Assembly (NCBI GenBank): GCA_043228905.1
Contig: JBHGNT010000013.1
Location: 18,414,001-18,478,000 of the forward strand
Direction: 5' to 3'
Source: Azolla caroliniana
Taxonomy: Eukaryota; Plantae; Polypodiophyta
Length of the DNA stretch: 64,000 nucleotides
This document shows positions 40,001 to 53,205 of the stretch, in pieces. The position numbers and the translations under genes are program-made. Every line of letters begins with the position of its first letter. Position 1 is the stretch's first letter. Below the pieces are notes generated by a model, which searched no databases, was not told the origin of the DNA, and saw nothing but the letters and a program-made list of their open reading frames with translations.

Positions 40001-43000
40001 ATTTCCATGGCTATGATCTCAATGGGAAATGACCTGGTCTCAAGAAGAGAAAGGAAAAAGAAATATTAATGTCTTTATAGAGGCCAAAATGGCTTATAAG
40101 ACCAAGGGCCAAAAAAGAGTTCACATCTTCAAATGTTGTCTTATCTTTGAGAACAAAAAACCGAATTAAGCGTAACAAAATAAAGAAGTAAATAGAAATA
40201 GAATTAAGATATAACTAAAGAATCTGATCACCTATACATGTAGATTTTCATGTTAGATATATTGTACTTTTTGTCTTGGAAAGATCTCAATCATTGGCCG
40301 ATTCAGAAATGGAGAAGTTTCTAAAGCGAGGGAAGCACTTGTGATAGTGGGAGATAATGGCCTTTATTTGTCAATGCCAATGGTAGTGATATCATAGTCC
40401 ACAAGACCGGGGTCTACGTGCACAACAAATTGTTATACTAATGGTGGACAAAATACAAAGCATGCATAAAAAGTGCATGTTTTTTTAGAAATCCTTTGCT
40501 TTAACAACAAGATCGAAAAAGATTTGGGTTGTCCGAGAGTATCTAACTGAGAATTGACAATTACAATAAATGAATCTTAAATCTATCTTGTTAAATAAAA
40601 ATTTCAACGAAGAGGTATTCACAAGGCAACCATAAGTTTTATAGTGCCTAAATTGGAATATGATTATATGCGTATAGAAGCAAAAAGGTGGAGATAGTTT
40701 TGCAATTTAAGGCCTTGTTAATAATGAATGACCAACATGTGTCCTAATTGCGACCAACATAGGGTTCTCGAACCACTTCAAGCCATTTTGGTATCTATAT
40801 ATGCCTAATTACAATCAAATCAATCAGAAATTCCAACAATTAGGTTATGTTATGCATATTATCTAAGGATTAGTGTGTGCCACTTGAAGGAAATCAATGA
40901 CCTCAAGCAGTATTATGAAGAGAAGTGAGAGTAAATGGAAGGGTTTGATCAATTGAACAAAATTAACTACACCCTAAACCAGTGACCCAACGTTTGCACT
41001 TTCAAGCCACACCCAATGAAGGGATTGGGTGTAGTTTGAAGGTGAAAAAGTGTGTATCCATGTAACAACTTCTAGATGATGAATCCATCATGTTACAAGC
41101 ATAACCACAACTAATGAATGGTGTACTGGATTGTATTTCTCTAAACTTAAGGTTAATAGGTTTGGCTAAACTTGAAAGGAAAGAAAGGTAAGGATTTAGT
41201 CACTCCCAATCCTACATTAGGATGTAAGTTTTGAGTATTTCCTCACTTGACCACTTCTAATGAAATAGTCAAGTGTGAATAGACAAGGACCTTGGGTCGA
41301 AGCTGATAAAAGAAGGTTAGCTACCTTCAAGAAGGTTAGGAGAGTTATTATGTGGTGACTTTGTCCATGTGGCAAAGCTCTAGTTGTATATACTTGTTCT
41401 TCCTTCAAACCCAAGGTACGATCCATGTCCATACTCGGTGGCATAGGAAACATGGGACTCAAATTCCTCTCTCACCTTTACTAGGGGGTGGTCTAGCACC
41501 TTTCTTTGTTAATTCCTCCTCGAGTATATTGCTAAATGTTAATGAGTTAAATTAAATGGATGGATATTGTTTCTATAGAATATACTAATTGGGAGCAAGA
41601 AGATTCTCCTAAAACCAACTTCCCTACCTTTTCATAGCACGAGTGCATGTTTTTTAAGAGGGTTAGTATCTTACGAGCATAACAACACTTAACTCTATGG
41701 CATAATGTTCCATAATTCTCTAGACTTACGGTGTCGTGGAGAAAACTAGCCTTTGGTGGAATCACGGAATTCGACGCGTGAAACGACACTTACGCGGGTG
41801 CACTCAAACCAACACATTGTACATAACTAGGGATAGGCCGGCAGGCTGGCGAGATGTGCATATCCTAGGAAGAATATATTAATAGGCTAGTAAATCGAAG
41901 CGGATCTCTGTCCGAAGGGACAAAGAATAAAATTGATGTGACTAGGATGTAACGGTCCCTCCCTGACGGCCTATAAAAAGGAAAGGGGAGAGAAGACTGA
42001 AAAGGGGATCGCGTTTTGGCGAGGACGAGGTGTTGTTGGACTAGGAACCGAGTTCTCTCCTCTATCATTGTTTCTTGTAGGTTCTCTGAGTTGGTTGCCT
42101 CTGCTTCGAGGAAAGTCGTGTGCTTCTGGCAAAGGCTCTATTGCGTGTGTGCGTGGGTGTGTGATTGCCTGGGTTGGGTTTGTCGCCGGCTATCCGGTTG
42201 TAATCTTGTAAACACTGTAGCCTTTATTGTTATTGGAATCGAATCTCTTGTTTCCCTCTCTCTGTGTTTCTGCGAGTCTCTCTTTTACGCGAGTGTGCAT
42301 CTTGTTCAGATACGCGTTAGTGGATCATTTAGCCGGCAAGCGCTGTTAGTTGCAAACGGGCCTAATCGGCCCTACGCTTGCGCTCTTCTCCCGCTCTGCC
42401 TTATTCTCTCTCTTGCACCTCGGTTCAGGGCCCCCTTGGTCCCGCCTTGTTTCTTACGCGAAAGCGGAACAACACGACATTATTTGGTGAACCCGACGTG
42501 AAACAAGGCAGTAGAGGAGTCGAAGATGATAGGATCAGAGCTTGCCGAAGCCATGGTGGCAGCAGTCAATCGGATAATAAGTGCTCCCAAGCGCACGAGC
42601 ACCCTCGACACGGCCATTGAAGCAATTGTCGGCACAATAGGCCGATTCGGTGGGAAGGACGCCACGAGCTATTCCGGAGGATAGGCGTCTGGCCGGGTTC
42701 CCTCGGGTGGCGACACCGGGCATCTACGCAGAGGTGCTCGAGGTATGGGCTAGATGCCAGACCTGGGGGGAATTCGAAGCACGACTCCTCGAAAGGAACG
42801 AGCTTGACGACGCGCTTTGGTTATCGAAGCGGGACTTCATGGAGTGGGTGGAGACCCCCAGAAAGGGGAGGAACGCGTCGGCGCTCCTCTGGGAGTTCGA
42901 AGAACACTTCACACAACTCTTGGCATTGGACATGATCATGCTAGACACGAGCCATGTCCTGTTGTTTGTCAAAGCGGTGGACGTGCGGGATCGGGATCAA

Positions 43001-43735
43001 GTGGGTCTCCTGTTGGAGACAGATGATGGGCTGACGACCGACTGGGCCACACTCAAAAGAGTCTGTAGCCGTTTCGAAAAGCAACGTGAGTGGGGCGACG
43101 AGGGATTGTCGGCAGCGAGACCCGTCCCGGCAAGGAGGTTCGATGAGCCTTCGCTGGCACGAGAAGAGGAAACCAGGGATTGTCTTGAGACGGGCTCGAC
43201 ATCGACCGACACGGTCAAGGGCCCATCCGGAGGAGCGACTCTTGAAGAGCTAGTCCACAAATGGTGCGTGACCTACAGATCGCGTAGGCCCGGAGAGACA
43301 GTGGAGGGCAGCCACGCGACCGGAGGCCGTCGGTTGGACAACAGTGTATGTGGTGCGACGCGGTCGGACACAACCAGCGAGACTGCGTGGAGTTTGCCGA
43401 GGCCCTCAGAGGTAATGTGGTGTACCTGTGGAATGGACAGGTGCATGCGGGTGATACCCAGAGAGCCGTGGAGACAAATTTTGGGCGCGGCAGGATGAAG
43501 CGGTTAAAGGAAGAAGCGGAGCCGTACCATGCAGAGGCCGTCCATTATTCGGCATCAGTTGGAATACGGGTAGGAGGTAACGAAGAACGGAAAACGAAAG
43601 ACTCTGGGTTCTGGCCCTTGGTGCTAGAAGGCCTCTCCGGCGCACGACTGAAGAGGGAAGAAGCAGACCGCGCGGAGTTGCCGGTCCGGGAGGTCACCGG
43701 GTGGGACGACTCGGTAGAGGAGAAGACCGGCTTCG

Positions 43736-44184
43736 TGTCAGGAATAGTACTAAAGCAGAGAGAGAATTAGTACTAAAGAAGAGAAGTACTATTAGTACTA
43801 AGAGGACGGGACTGCGTAAGATTCCCGAGAGAAAAGAGAGAAGAGGAGAGAGGAATAGCGAGGATGAGAGAGAGAGAGAGATGATGATAACTATTAACAA
43901 CTAATATATTAAGTGAAGGATAAGTACAAAGTGGCTAAGAGGCTTAAGACTGGCGTTGAACCAATTTGGTTCAAAACAATGCCTTGTGCCTCCTTTTATA
44001 GTGCTCTCAGGAGTAGTCCTGAAGCTTCTAGAATGTTCCAGAGAAATCTGGAATATACATTAATTTCTTATAATAAAGCATAAATGAAAATAATATCCTA
44101 CAAATTACAATAGATGGTGTGATGGTTAAGAGCTCGACCCATATACCATAAGGTCATGGGTTCGAATCTTGCCATATCATGACA
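43736..44184 (-). mobile_element. Solo LTR G (chromovirus/Tcn1-like architecture) in the gag of F
   Basis: TGTCA..TGACA ends; TSD CTTCG/CTTTG. Shares with the H LTRs a TTGAACC-n-GGTTCAA hairpin, a minus-strand TATA box and a terminal tRNA-like module. Confidence 0.85.
44108..44180 (+). ncRNA. tRNA-like/SINE-head Pol III module inside LTR G
   Basis: A box TGGTGTGATGG 44115-44125; GACC..GGTC stem; B box GGTTCGAATCT 44159-44169. Confidence 0.55.
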
Positions 44185-45406
44185 CTTTGTGGAAGTCGCG
44201 TGCTAGAACTACGAAATTCTGGTGGATGATAAGAGGGCAGGGAAGGCCAGTGGGACCACGACCCCAAATCGGTACAAGACCCGATTCGGGCCAAAGAGGA
44301 ATGAAGACGGCAATCCTGGCATGGCAGACAAAGCAAGGACAAACGGACCTGCGGAAGGTCCTCGAGGAGCGGATTCTTGACAACAAGGTGGAGCTGTTGC
44401 TGAGGGAGGTGCTTGGGATCGTGGACTTGGTGAAGTGTAAACGGCTCTCGACTAGCAATGTGCCCGGTTTGGTTTTGGTTCGGTTCGGTTTTTTGGCCTT
44501 GAAACCAAACCAAACCAAACCACTTATTAAGAAAAAAAACCCAACCAAACTGTTTTAACATTTTGAAGCCATTTAAACCAAACCATTTTGAACCGAACCG
44601 TTTAAACCAAACCATTTAAGAAGTATGAGAAACCAAACCGTTTAGGAACAATTTAGACCAAACCAAAGCATTTACGAAAAAATCAAAACCAAACCGAAGC
44701 ACTTACGAAAAAACCAAACCCAAATCAAACCAAACCACTTTAAGAAAATGTAAAAAAAGACATTGCAACATCTAAACCAGAACCAGAGATTCGTTAGACA
44801 TAATAAACATAAGTAGAGGTTAGATAAACATAAAAACAAAACCAAAGACAAATAATAATAAACAAAACAAATTAGAGAAATAAAAAACAGAAATTTAGAC
44901 ATTTTAAATGTTTTTTGAAGAAGAATACCATAATAATAAGAAATTTTCTGATATTAAAGTTTTGTGGAGAATGTATAGATAATACACAAAATACTAAAAG
45001 TTTTTTGGAATGAAATCCTAGAGCTTATGACCAACAATCGATCATATAGAGTTCACATCAGCATTTAAGTGTCACGACCCAAGCTTCGAAGACAAGGTCG
45101 ATTTCGAAGAAAAGAAGATAATAACAAACGAGAAGACGTTTACAAGACAAAAATACAAGAATTTCTATTACCGGAAACTGAGATTACAAGGTTGCTGAAG
45201 ACTGGTGTTGAATTGGAATGGTTCAACACTAAGCAGATCTTCGACTTATATACTGTACATCAGAATGTGCATGATTGCCATTTGGCATACATGTTGTGCG
45301 CCACTTGGCGTACAGGGTGCATGCCATTTGGCGGTCATCTAATGTGTCTAGTGCTCTAGAGTTCTTGAATAATAACAATATGAAAATATATTTAATTATT
45401 AATGAA

Positions 45407-45482
45407 AATGAGTTGGTGCAATGGTTGAAGTGTAAGACCATTGTTTGAAGGTCACAAGTTCAAACCTTGATATTCACATTTT
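45407..45482 (+). ncRNA. tRNA-like Pol III module in the 3' LTR of H (second copy at 50643-50718)
   Basis: A box TGGTGCAATGG 45414-45424; GACC..GGTC stem; B box AAGTTCAAACC 45456-45466; TTTT just before the terminal GTGACA. Confidence 0.5.
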
Positions 45483-45488
45483 GTGACA

Positions 45489-48400
45489 TCATCCCCTCCT
45501 TTGACGACGAGTTCCATGAGTCGCAATGCATGAACTAGGTTTTGGTTTATGGGGATAACGAAGATGAAACTCTTGTATAAGTTCAGAGGCATTAGTGACG
45601 TTCGTTGCAAGTTCCCATGTCTGATCCGTAGGCGTGTATCCCAGCCAATCTACTAGATAATATAACTTATTGCGGATGACCTTAGAGTCCAAAATAGCTT
45701 CTACTTCATATTCAGGTCCTTCAGCAAGTTGAACCGGAGGTGGTGGTGGGATAACCCGATTTGGAATAGAACTTGATGTCCATGGTTCTAATAATGAAAC
45801 ATGAAATACTGGATGAAGACGCATGTGTGAAGGTAGGTCTAGACGAAATGCAACATCGTTGACTTGATGAGAGATTACAAATGGACCTAGACGTTGGAAA
45901 TCCAATTTGGCACTTGGTCGAGTAGTTTTCACATTACAACGCAATAACCAGACACGATCACCAACTTTAAACTTAGGGTCTTCAAGTGAAGAATCTAAGC
46001 GATGTTTATCCGCCACCTTCTTATACCTGGCTTGAGCATGAAGCAAATTGTGAGAAAGGTTGGTTTGAATTTCTTTGAGTTTTTCTAGACGATCTTTGAT
46101 CGTGGGATTTTTTGAGACTTTTGGACATTCGAGCATCATCCATCGAGGATGATATCCTGTGTTTGCAAAGAACGGAGTGAATCCCGTAGAAGAATGGATT
46201 GAATTATTGTAAGCAAATTCTGCCATATGTAAGAAATCCATCCAATCATCTTGTTGATAGTTGATAAAGCAACGGAGATATTGTTCTAATGTTTGATTTG
46301 TGCGTTCCGTTTGCCCATCGGTTTGAGGATGGTAGCTTGAAGATAGTTTATGAGAAATTCCAAGGCTCTCAAGTAAGTGTGTCCAAAACTTTGCAATAAA
46401 TTGTGGTCCACGATCACTAATGATTTCATCTGGAAGGCCATGGTGCTTGAAAACTTCTCGCATAACAAAACTTGTGAATTCTTGACTAGTAAAAGTTTTT
46501 CTACGTGGAAGAAAATGTGCCATTTTTGTAAAGCGATCCAGCATTGTAAGAATTGCATCATTGCCTTGGGAAGATGGGAGATTTGTGATGAAATCGATAG
46601 AAATGGATTTCCACAGACCATCTGGAATGGGCAATGGGTGCAACAATCCATATGGCCGATGTTGAGGCATCTTTGATTGACAACATACATCACAAGTAGA
46701 AACATAGTCTATGACAAACTGACGAACCTGAGGCCACCAATAGTTTCGGGTAACTAGCTCTAATGTTTTCAAAACTCCGAAATGTCCAGCTAGCAGTGAA
46801 TCATGACAGTGATGCAAGATTTCAAGTCGAAAAGGTCCAGCGGGAATATAAGTACAATTGTTTCGAAAAAGCAACCCATCATGCCAACTGAAGTTCCCAT
46901 AATCCATGCTAGAAAACTTGGAGCGTGAACAAGAAGCACGATCTGGAACAATGTGGTCTAAAATATCTTGTGCAAAATCATCTGAACCAATGCTCAAGCG
47001 AATAGAATCGAGAAATTTTGAATCCAAAGTTGTCTCAGCAACATTTGTCACCATTAATCATAGACGACTAGGGCTCAAAAGGACTTGTTCTTGATTGTTG
47101 TAAGTTGGGTCCCTCGATTTTGGTGCAAAATAAGAGCGTCTTGATAAGGCATCATCTTTACCTTGTTGTGTTCCTGGTCGATATGTTATCACAAAGTTGA
47201 ACCGTGTTAGAAATTGTGCCCACCGAGCTTGTCGTCGATTTAGAACTTGAGCATTTTGAAAGTATGTGAGGTTTTTATGATTGTTAACAATAATTTGGTG
47301 GGGAGAACCTTCCAAGAAGTGATGCCATTGTTTGAAAGAATCAACAATTGCCAACAATTCTTTGTCATGGATTTCATAATTGATTTCTGCAGGTTCAAAC
47401 TTTCTTGAATGAAATGCAACTGGATGTAATTTCTCATCATCCGCTACTTGCGATAGAACACTTCCTAGTGCAAAATCAGATGCATCTGCTTCTATGATAA
47501 ACGGCTTTTTAAGGTCAACGTGGACCAAAATGGGAGCAGATGTAAATGCTTGCTTCAAGCTATCAAATGCATCAGCTGCGCTTGATGTCCATACAAATGG
47601 TCGGTTCTTCTGTGTTAGTTCCGTGAGGGGCAAAACAACTTTTGAGTAACTCTCGATGAACTTGTGGTAGAAATTCGCAAATCCCAAGAAACATTGCAGA
47701 TCATGAATTGACACTGGTGTCTTCCAATCTAGAATTGTTTGTACTTTCTTTGGATCCATAAAAATACCTTCTGGAGAGACCATATACCCTAGAAACTCGA
47801 CTTGATTGCGGTCAAAGCAACACTTCTCTAGTTTGGCATAAAGACCAAATTCCCGTAATCGTTGTAGAACTTGTCGAACATGATTATTATGCTCCTCTTG
47901 TGTCTTTGAGTAGATTAGTATGTCATCCAAGTAAATTATCGTGAAGATATCGAGGAAATCTCGAAAGATATCATTTGCCATATGTTGGAAAACTACTGGA
48001 GCATTTGTAAGCCCGAATGGCATTACTGTGTACTCAAAGTGACCATATCGTGTGCGAAAAGCAGTTTTCCATTCATCACCAGGTCGAATACGAACAAGGT
48101 TATAAGCTCCTTGTAAGTCTAGCCTTGTGAAGTATTTGGCCCCATTGAGACGTTCCAAGAGATTTGGAATCAATGGTAGAGCATATCGATTTCGAATCAT
48201 AACCTTGTTCAAGCCTCGATAGTCTATGACCAAACGTAAAGAGCCATCTTTCTTCTTAACAAAAAAAATAGGAGCGCCAGCAGGAGATCGGGAATGTCGA
48301 ATAAAGCCATTTGCAAGATTCTCATCAATATATTCTCGAAGAACTTTCAATTCTGACGGCGAAAGGTTGTAAATTGGTCCCCATGGTGGTTCCTTCTCAG

Positions 48401-49127
48401 CATGCAAATCAATGGGACAATCATATGGGCGATGATCAGGAAGTGTTGTGGCCTTTACCTTATCAAACACATCAGAAAATTCTTGATACTTTGATGGCAA
48501 ATGGACCTCTGAATCTTGTGGGTTTGAGAATGGGGTTATGACCACTGCGAACACAAACATATCTTCTATTGTAGCTTCTTTATGTAATCTTTTGAGAGAG
48601 ATAGTTGATATATGTCTTGGTGTTAGCTTTGAGGTTGATGTGGTGATCAGCTTTAAAGTGTTGTCTCGTGAGTCTATGATTTCCCGCTTCTTCCAATCAA
48701 TCTTTGGATTATGAAGTTCAAACCATGGCAACCCAAGAACAATTGGATGTTCGGGATTGCTTATGATATTAAAAGATATTATAGTAGCTAAATTACCAAG
48801 AACTACACGAATAGGCTCTAATTCTTCAGTAGTATCTCCTGATGCAATAGAACGTCCATCAATTACTGCTACTGATGTTGGACAAGGAAACTTATAGAGT
48901 AGAATTTCTTGTGTTGTGGCAAAATCCCGATCCATGAAACATGAGTTGGCTCTTGAATCCAAGAGCGCAGATGCAAGAACTTGATGACATCTTGATGTGC
49001 TGAGTTGAACTTGTGCTGTGAAAACTTCACTGACTTGGTTCGATGAAATGGAACCTAAGCTCGGAACAAGTTCTATATGCTTTGGTTGGTCCAACCAAAT
49101 GGCTCCGATTTTGCTGGACTTACTCAT
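45489..49127 (-). pseudogene. H pol (protease, RT, RNase H, integrase, chromodomain), broken near 47055
   Basis: ALLDSRA, MPFGLTNAP, YLDDIL, ADASDF, HDSLLAGHFG, YHPQTDGQTER, LGPF; chromodomain EYEVEAILD...YLVDWLGY...TWE. Confidence 0.93.
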
Positions 49128-50257
49128 TTAACAACTCATCTAGTTGGCTTAGAACATCAAAACTATTGGATTGAGGGTTGTTGACAAGAGTTCTTGGTTT
49201 ATTAGGTTTGATTGGAGAACATGAATCAAAATTCTCAATAGCACTTACTTGATTTAATTGTCTCTTTGGTCGATGTAGACAATGTATTGTTATATGTCCT
49301 GGACCACCACAATATAGGCAAAGTCGATTTGGTCGACGTCGTTGTTTCTCGGCTTCGGACAAAGGACCCCGACGACGTGCTGCATCAATCTCCATTGGAG
49401 TAGGTCCATTAAAAGAATTAGGATTAGGAACTTGCATTGGTCCTAAAGGTGGTGAGGCTAATGCTGAGGCATATGTTTGCTTAGATCTAAGGCGTGTCGA
49501 CGTTTGTTGGCACTCAGAACGTCTTTCGAACAAACGATTGTCACATCGAACTGCACGGCTAATAGCTTCTGTCAGTGATTTGGGTTCATCATGAAATGTT
49601 AAGAGCAAGTCTTTAACATCATTACGCAAACCATGTCGAAACAAGTCCATCGTTGTTGCTTCATCCCAAGGGATATCACAAGCAAGAAGACGAAAATCAG
49701 CTGCGTAAGCTGAGGCTGGCCGATCTCCTTGGCGCAACCTACGTATCTTGTTTATTGCTGTTCTTAGATTCAGTATCACCAAAACTAGCTTGGAATTCGT
49801 TGATAAAGGTATCAAAGTTTTCTAGTATTGGGGATTTCTTCTCTAGCAATGGTGCAAACCATGCCAGTGCGGTTCCTGTCAATAATGTTCCAACTAACCC
49901 CACTCGAGTTGTGTCAGTTGGATATCGGTTGGGATGCATATGAATTATAAGGCGTACCTGATTTAAGAATCCTTGGAATTGAGACCTTGTACCATCAAAT
50001 TTTGTTGGTAAACTAATTTTGGGTTCTTTCAACAAACTTTGAGAGGTTGAAACTTGTTGTCGAAGAGATAACACAATAGCTTCAAGTTGTTGGACACGTT
50101 TCGAGAGTTCCTCATGTTGTTGTGCCTTTTCAACGCTCACTTGTTGCAAGTCGCCAAGAAGTTTATGATTCTCTTGTTCCAATGCAACAAATTTTGTTGT
50201 TAGGAGGTCAAGTTCTGAGAGAATACGCATATACTCTTGCTTACTGATGGTCTCCAT
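49120..50257 (-). pseudogene. H gag, frameshifted near 49760
   Basis: ORFs 50257-49739 (EPKISLPTKFDG, LTGTALAWF) and 49815-49120 (LRQG, PTPMEID, CLYCGGPGH). Confidence 0.9.
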
Positions 50258-51139
50258 TGTGACGGAAAAACTTCACTAGATACTCGAGAAAAAAAAGAGT
50301 GGGATTTCGGTTCAAATTGTCACGACCCAAGCTTCGAAGACAAGGTCGATTTCGAAGAAAAGAAGATAATAACAAACGAGAAGACGTTTACAAGACAAAA
50401 ATACAAGAATTTCTATTACCGGAAACCGAGATTACAAGGTTGCTGAAGACTAGTATTGAACCGGAATGGTTCAACACTAAGCAGATCTTCGACTTATATA
50501 CTGTACATCAGAATGTGCATGATCGCCCTTTGGCATACATGTTGTGCGCCACTTGGCGTACAGGCCATTTGGCGGTCATCTAATGTGTCTAGTGCTCTAG
50601 AGTTCTTGAATAATAATAATATGAAAATTATTTATTAATGAAAATGAGTTGGTGTAATGGGTGGAGTGTAAGACCATTGTTTGAAGGTCATAAGTTCAAA
50701 CCTTGGTATTCACATTTTGTGACATTAAGTTTGTATCCACCATTTACAACAAAGTAAAAAATATAAGAAAAATGTGAAAAACCTTTACATAAACTAATGC
50801 TCCTCTTTTAGTTTCCAAAGTTTACTTTCAGCTTGAATTACGGATTCCTGGAAGTATAAAATATGTAAAAGAAGTAATTAGTAATAAAAAATTAAAAAAA
50901 TTAAAAAAATTAAAAAAAACAAATTCGTAAAAGTATGCACTAAGAAATTACAATGTCTTCGAGGATCTCCAATTGTAACTTGCATTTCATGGACTTGTGA
51001 AAAAGTATCATGATTCTTGTACCATGTACATATAAAAAACATCAAATAAGTAAAAAACTAGTAATGAAAAATAAACTTAAAGAAAGAATTAAAAGGTATG
51101 CACACCTTATCTCCCATGATTATCACGTAACATGTAATC

Positions 51140-53205
51140 TATTACCTCGTCTTCACCAACAAGATCATCTAGATTAAATTTTAGTTCTTCATAAGCCATG
51201 TGAAAGTTATCTGTTATTTGAACATCTGATTCTTGCAAAACTTGCATCCATGATCAAATACACATTTCGGCCTTGAATGTGCATGAATGTAGTTTGATCC
51301 TATCATCAAAGGTCATTTTTGCTGCTGAATTTGCCTCTTCAGCAAGTATTGATGATGCTGGTATAGCAAGGTAATCACATGCCATCCTATACAGTTGTGG
51401 CATTGCTGATTTATTATCATGCCACCATTGTAAAGGATCCTTGTCTATGCTAGCTAAAGGAAGTCTTATGAACTACTCAATTTTTGATCGTGAATCAGAA
51501 ACAAGACTTTTATTGTGTACACCCATTAACCTCCAAATTTTAGAGTTATTATCAATAGGTTGTATTGTGGTTGAAGGTGGCTCAACACCACTCGAGAATG
51601 AGTGGTAATGGGACTCAATCATGCCTTCAACCAGCTTAATATCCAACTCTCTTTCGATATGGTCATTTGGCATAGGCAATCTATAAAGGAATGAAAAATA
51701 TTATTAAACTCAAATAAAATATCAGAAAGCATGAAGACAATTGTAAAACTTAAAGGAAAGTATTACCTGGGATCAAGAAACATTGCAATGCACGATGGAA
51801 TAGACTTTAACAATTCTTGATACTTAATTAAATATTGTAAGCAGTTCTCAGACGCTTTTTGAAGCACCTCTTGTGTGAATCTAGATGATCTCGGAAGTGA
51901 AGAATCTAAAAATTGATTACAATGATTAAGTAAACAATTATAAGCTAGTGATGCTAATGATAATGTAGGATATCTTGATCCTCCTAGAAAGTTAGAAACC
52001 TCTACAGGTGTTTCTAACCATTCCTCCATAGCATGTATGTGACTCCAATATTCTACGGTCAAGACATAACCATTGAAATCACTTGAAATTGTTAGATTTG
52101 AAATTGTAAAATTCAATATATCTCTCTATCCTTGATAGCTTGCCTAAACATCTCCAAAGTAGAATTCCATCTTGTAACAACATCAAGCCTTGGAGGTTCC
52201 TTTTCACGATGTTCAACCATCATAGCATACTTCCTATGAACTTCCCTTCGAACCTTGCTAGATCTAATAGTTTGGAGCATTGTTCTCAACTTTTCCGTTG
52301 AGGGTGAGATATTCTGTAATGCTCACTTGATGCCCAATTGAAAAGTGTGCACCATACACCTTTAACATGTGTGAGGGAGCTAAAATTTCCTTACCATGTT
52401 CATTTTGTAACAACATGCTCAATTCCTTTGCAGCCATTTGTGCATCACTAGCTCCATCAAAAATTGTAGCTAATAATCGACTTGAAATATTAAAAGATCC
52501 AAGTCGACAAAAGAGGGCATGTGCACAACATTTCCCTGATCCAACACCTGGAAATACAGGCACAAAATCCAATAACATGGACCTTGATCTTGTTGTCTCG
52601 TGACATGCCCAATGAAGTGTCACTGAGTAGAAGCCCTTTAGACAACTATTTGACCAACCATCAAAAGTAATAGAAAATCTTGATTGACTTTTTGATAACA
52701 AATCTATCGCTTGATGGTGCAACACCACATACATTTCTAAGATGGAACGTTTAATCGTGCGCCTTGTCTTCATCTGATATCCAGGTATAAGGTGGTGTAC
52801 GAACTCTTTAAATGCATCTGATTCCACATGTGCATGGGGCAAAGTTCCCTTGACAATATACTTCGTGACGAAACAATCAATTTTCTTCTCTAAAACACGA
52901 GATACTTTAGTAGACTCTATAGAATATTGAATAATCTTCGAAATACTTGAATTTTGATTTGGTTCGTCTGATAGATGCTGCTTTTCCGTTAAATGCTTAG
53001 CTATAGTACCTGTGGATGCTCTTGAAGACCAACAAACATGACAATGATGGCATCGTCGTCGAGGTGTGCCATTATCCATATAAGATATGATGTGAGCATC
53101 TGTCCATGATGTACATTGCCTTTTTCTTGACATGCTTGTTTGCCCATGGCTAACATTAATTGATGATGAGTCCATCGTTGCAAGAGTTTGAGAAGATGAT
53201 TCCAT
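51140..53205 (-). pseudogene. hAT transposase, intron-containing and frameshifted
   Basis: BED finger CHHC..HLTEKQH; SITFDGWS; PRLDVVTRWNST (~52170-52195); FLDPR joined over a GT-AG intron (51766-51681); C-terminal dimerisation motif PLQWW...MACDYLAIPASS. Confidence 0.9.

Larger units (their letters stand above)
45070..50724 (-). mobile_element. Chromovirus H (Tcn1/Tf1-like, self-priming type) inserted in the hAT element
   Basis: LTRs 50318-50724 and 45070-45488; TSD TTAAG at 45065-45069 and 50725-50729; PPT AGGAGGGGATGA; no tRNA PBS. Confidence 0.96.

Noticed and set aside
42016-42501. 161-aa ORF in the F LTR
   Set aside because: The frame is not preserved in the second LTR; non-coding LTR sequence.
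44108-44180. Functional tRNA gene
   Set aside because: No complete acceptor stem or canonical 7-nt anticodon loop; reported only as tRNA-like.
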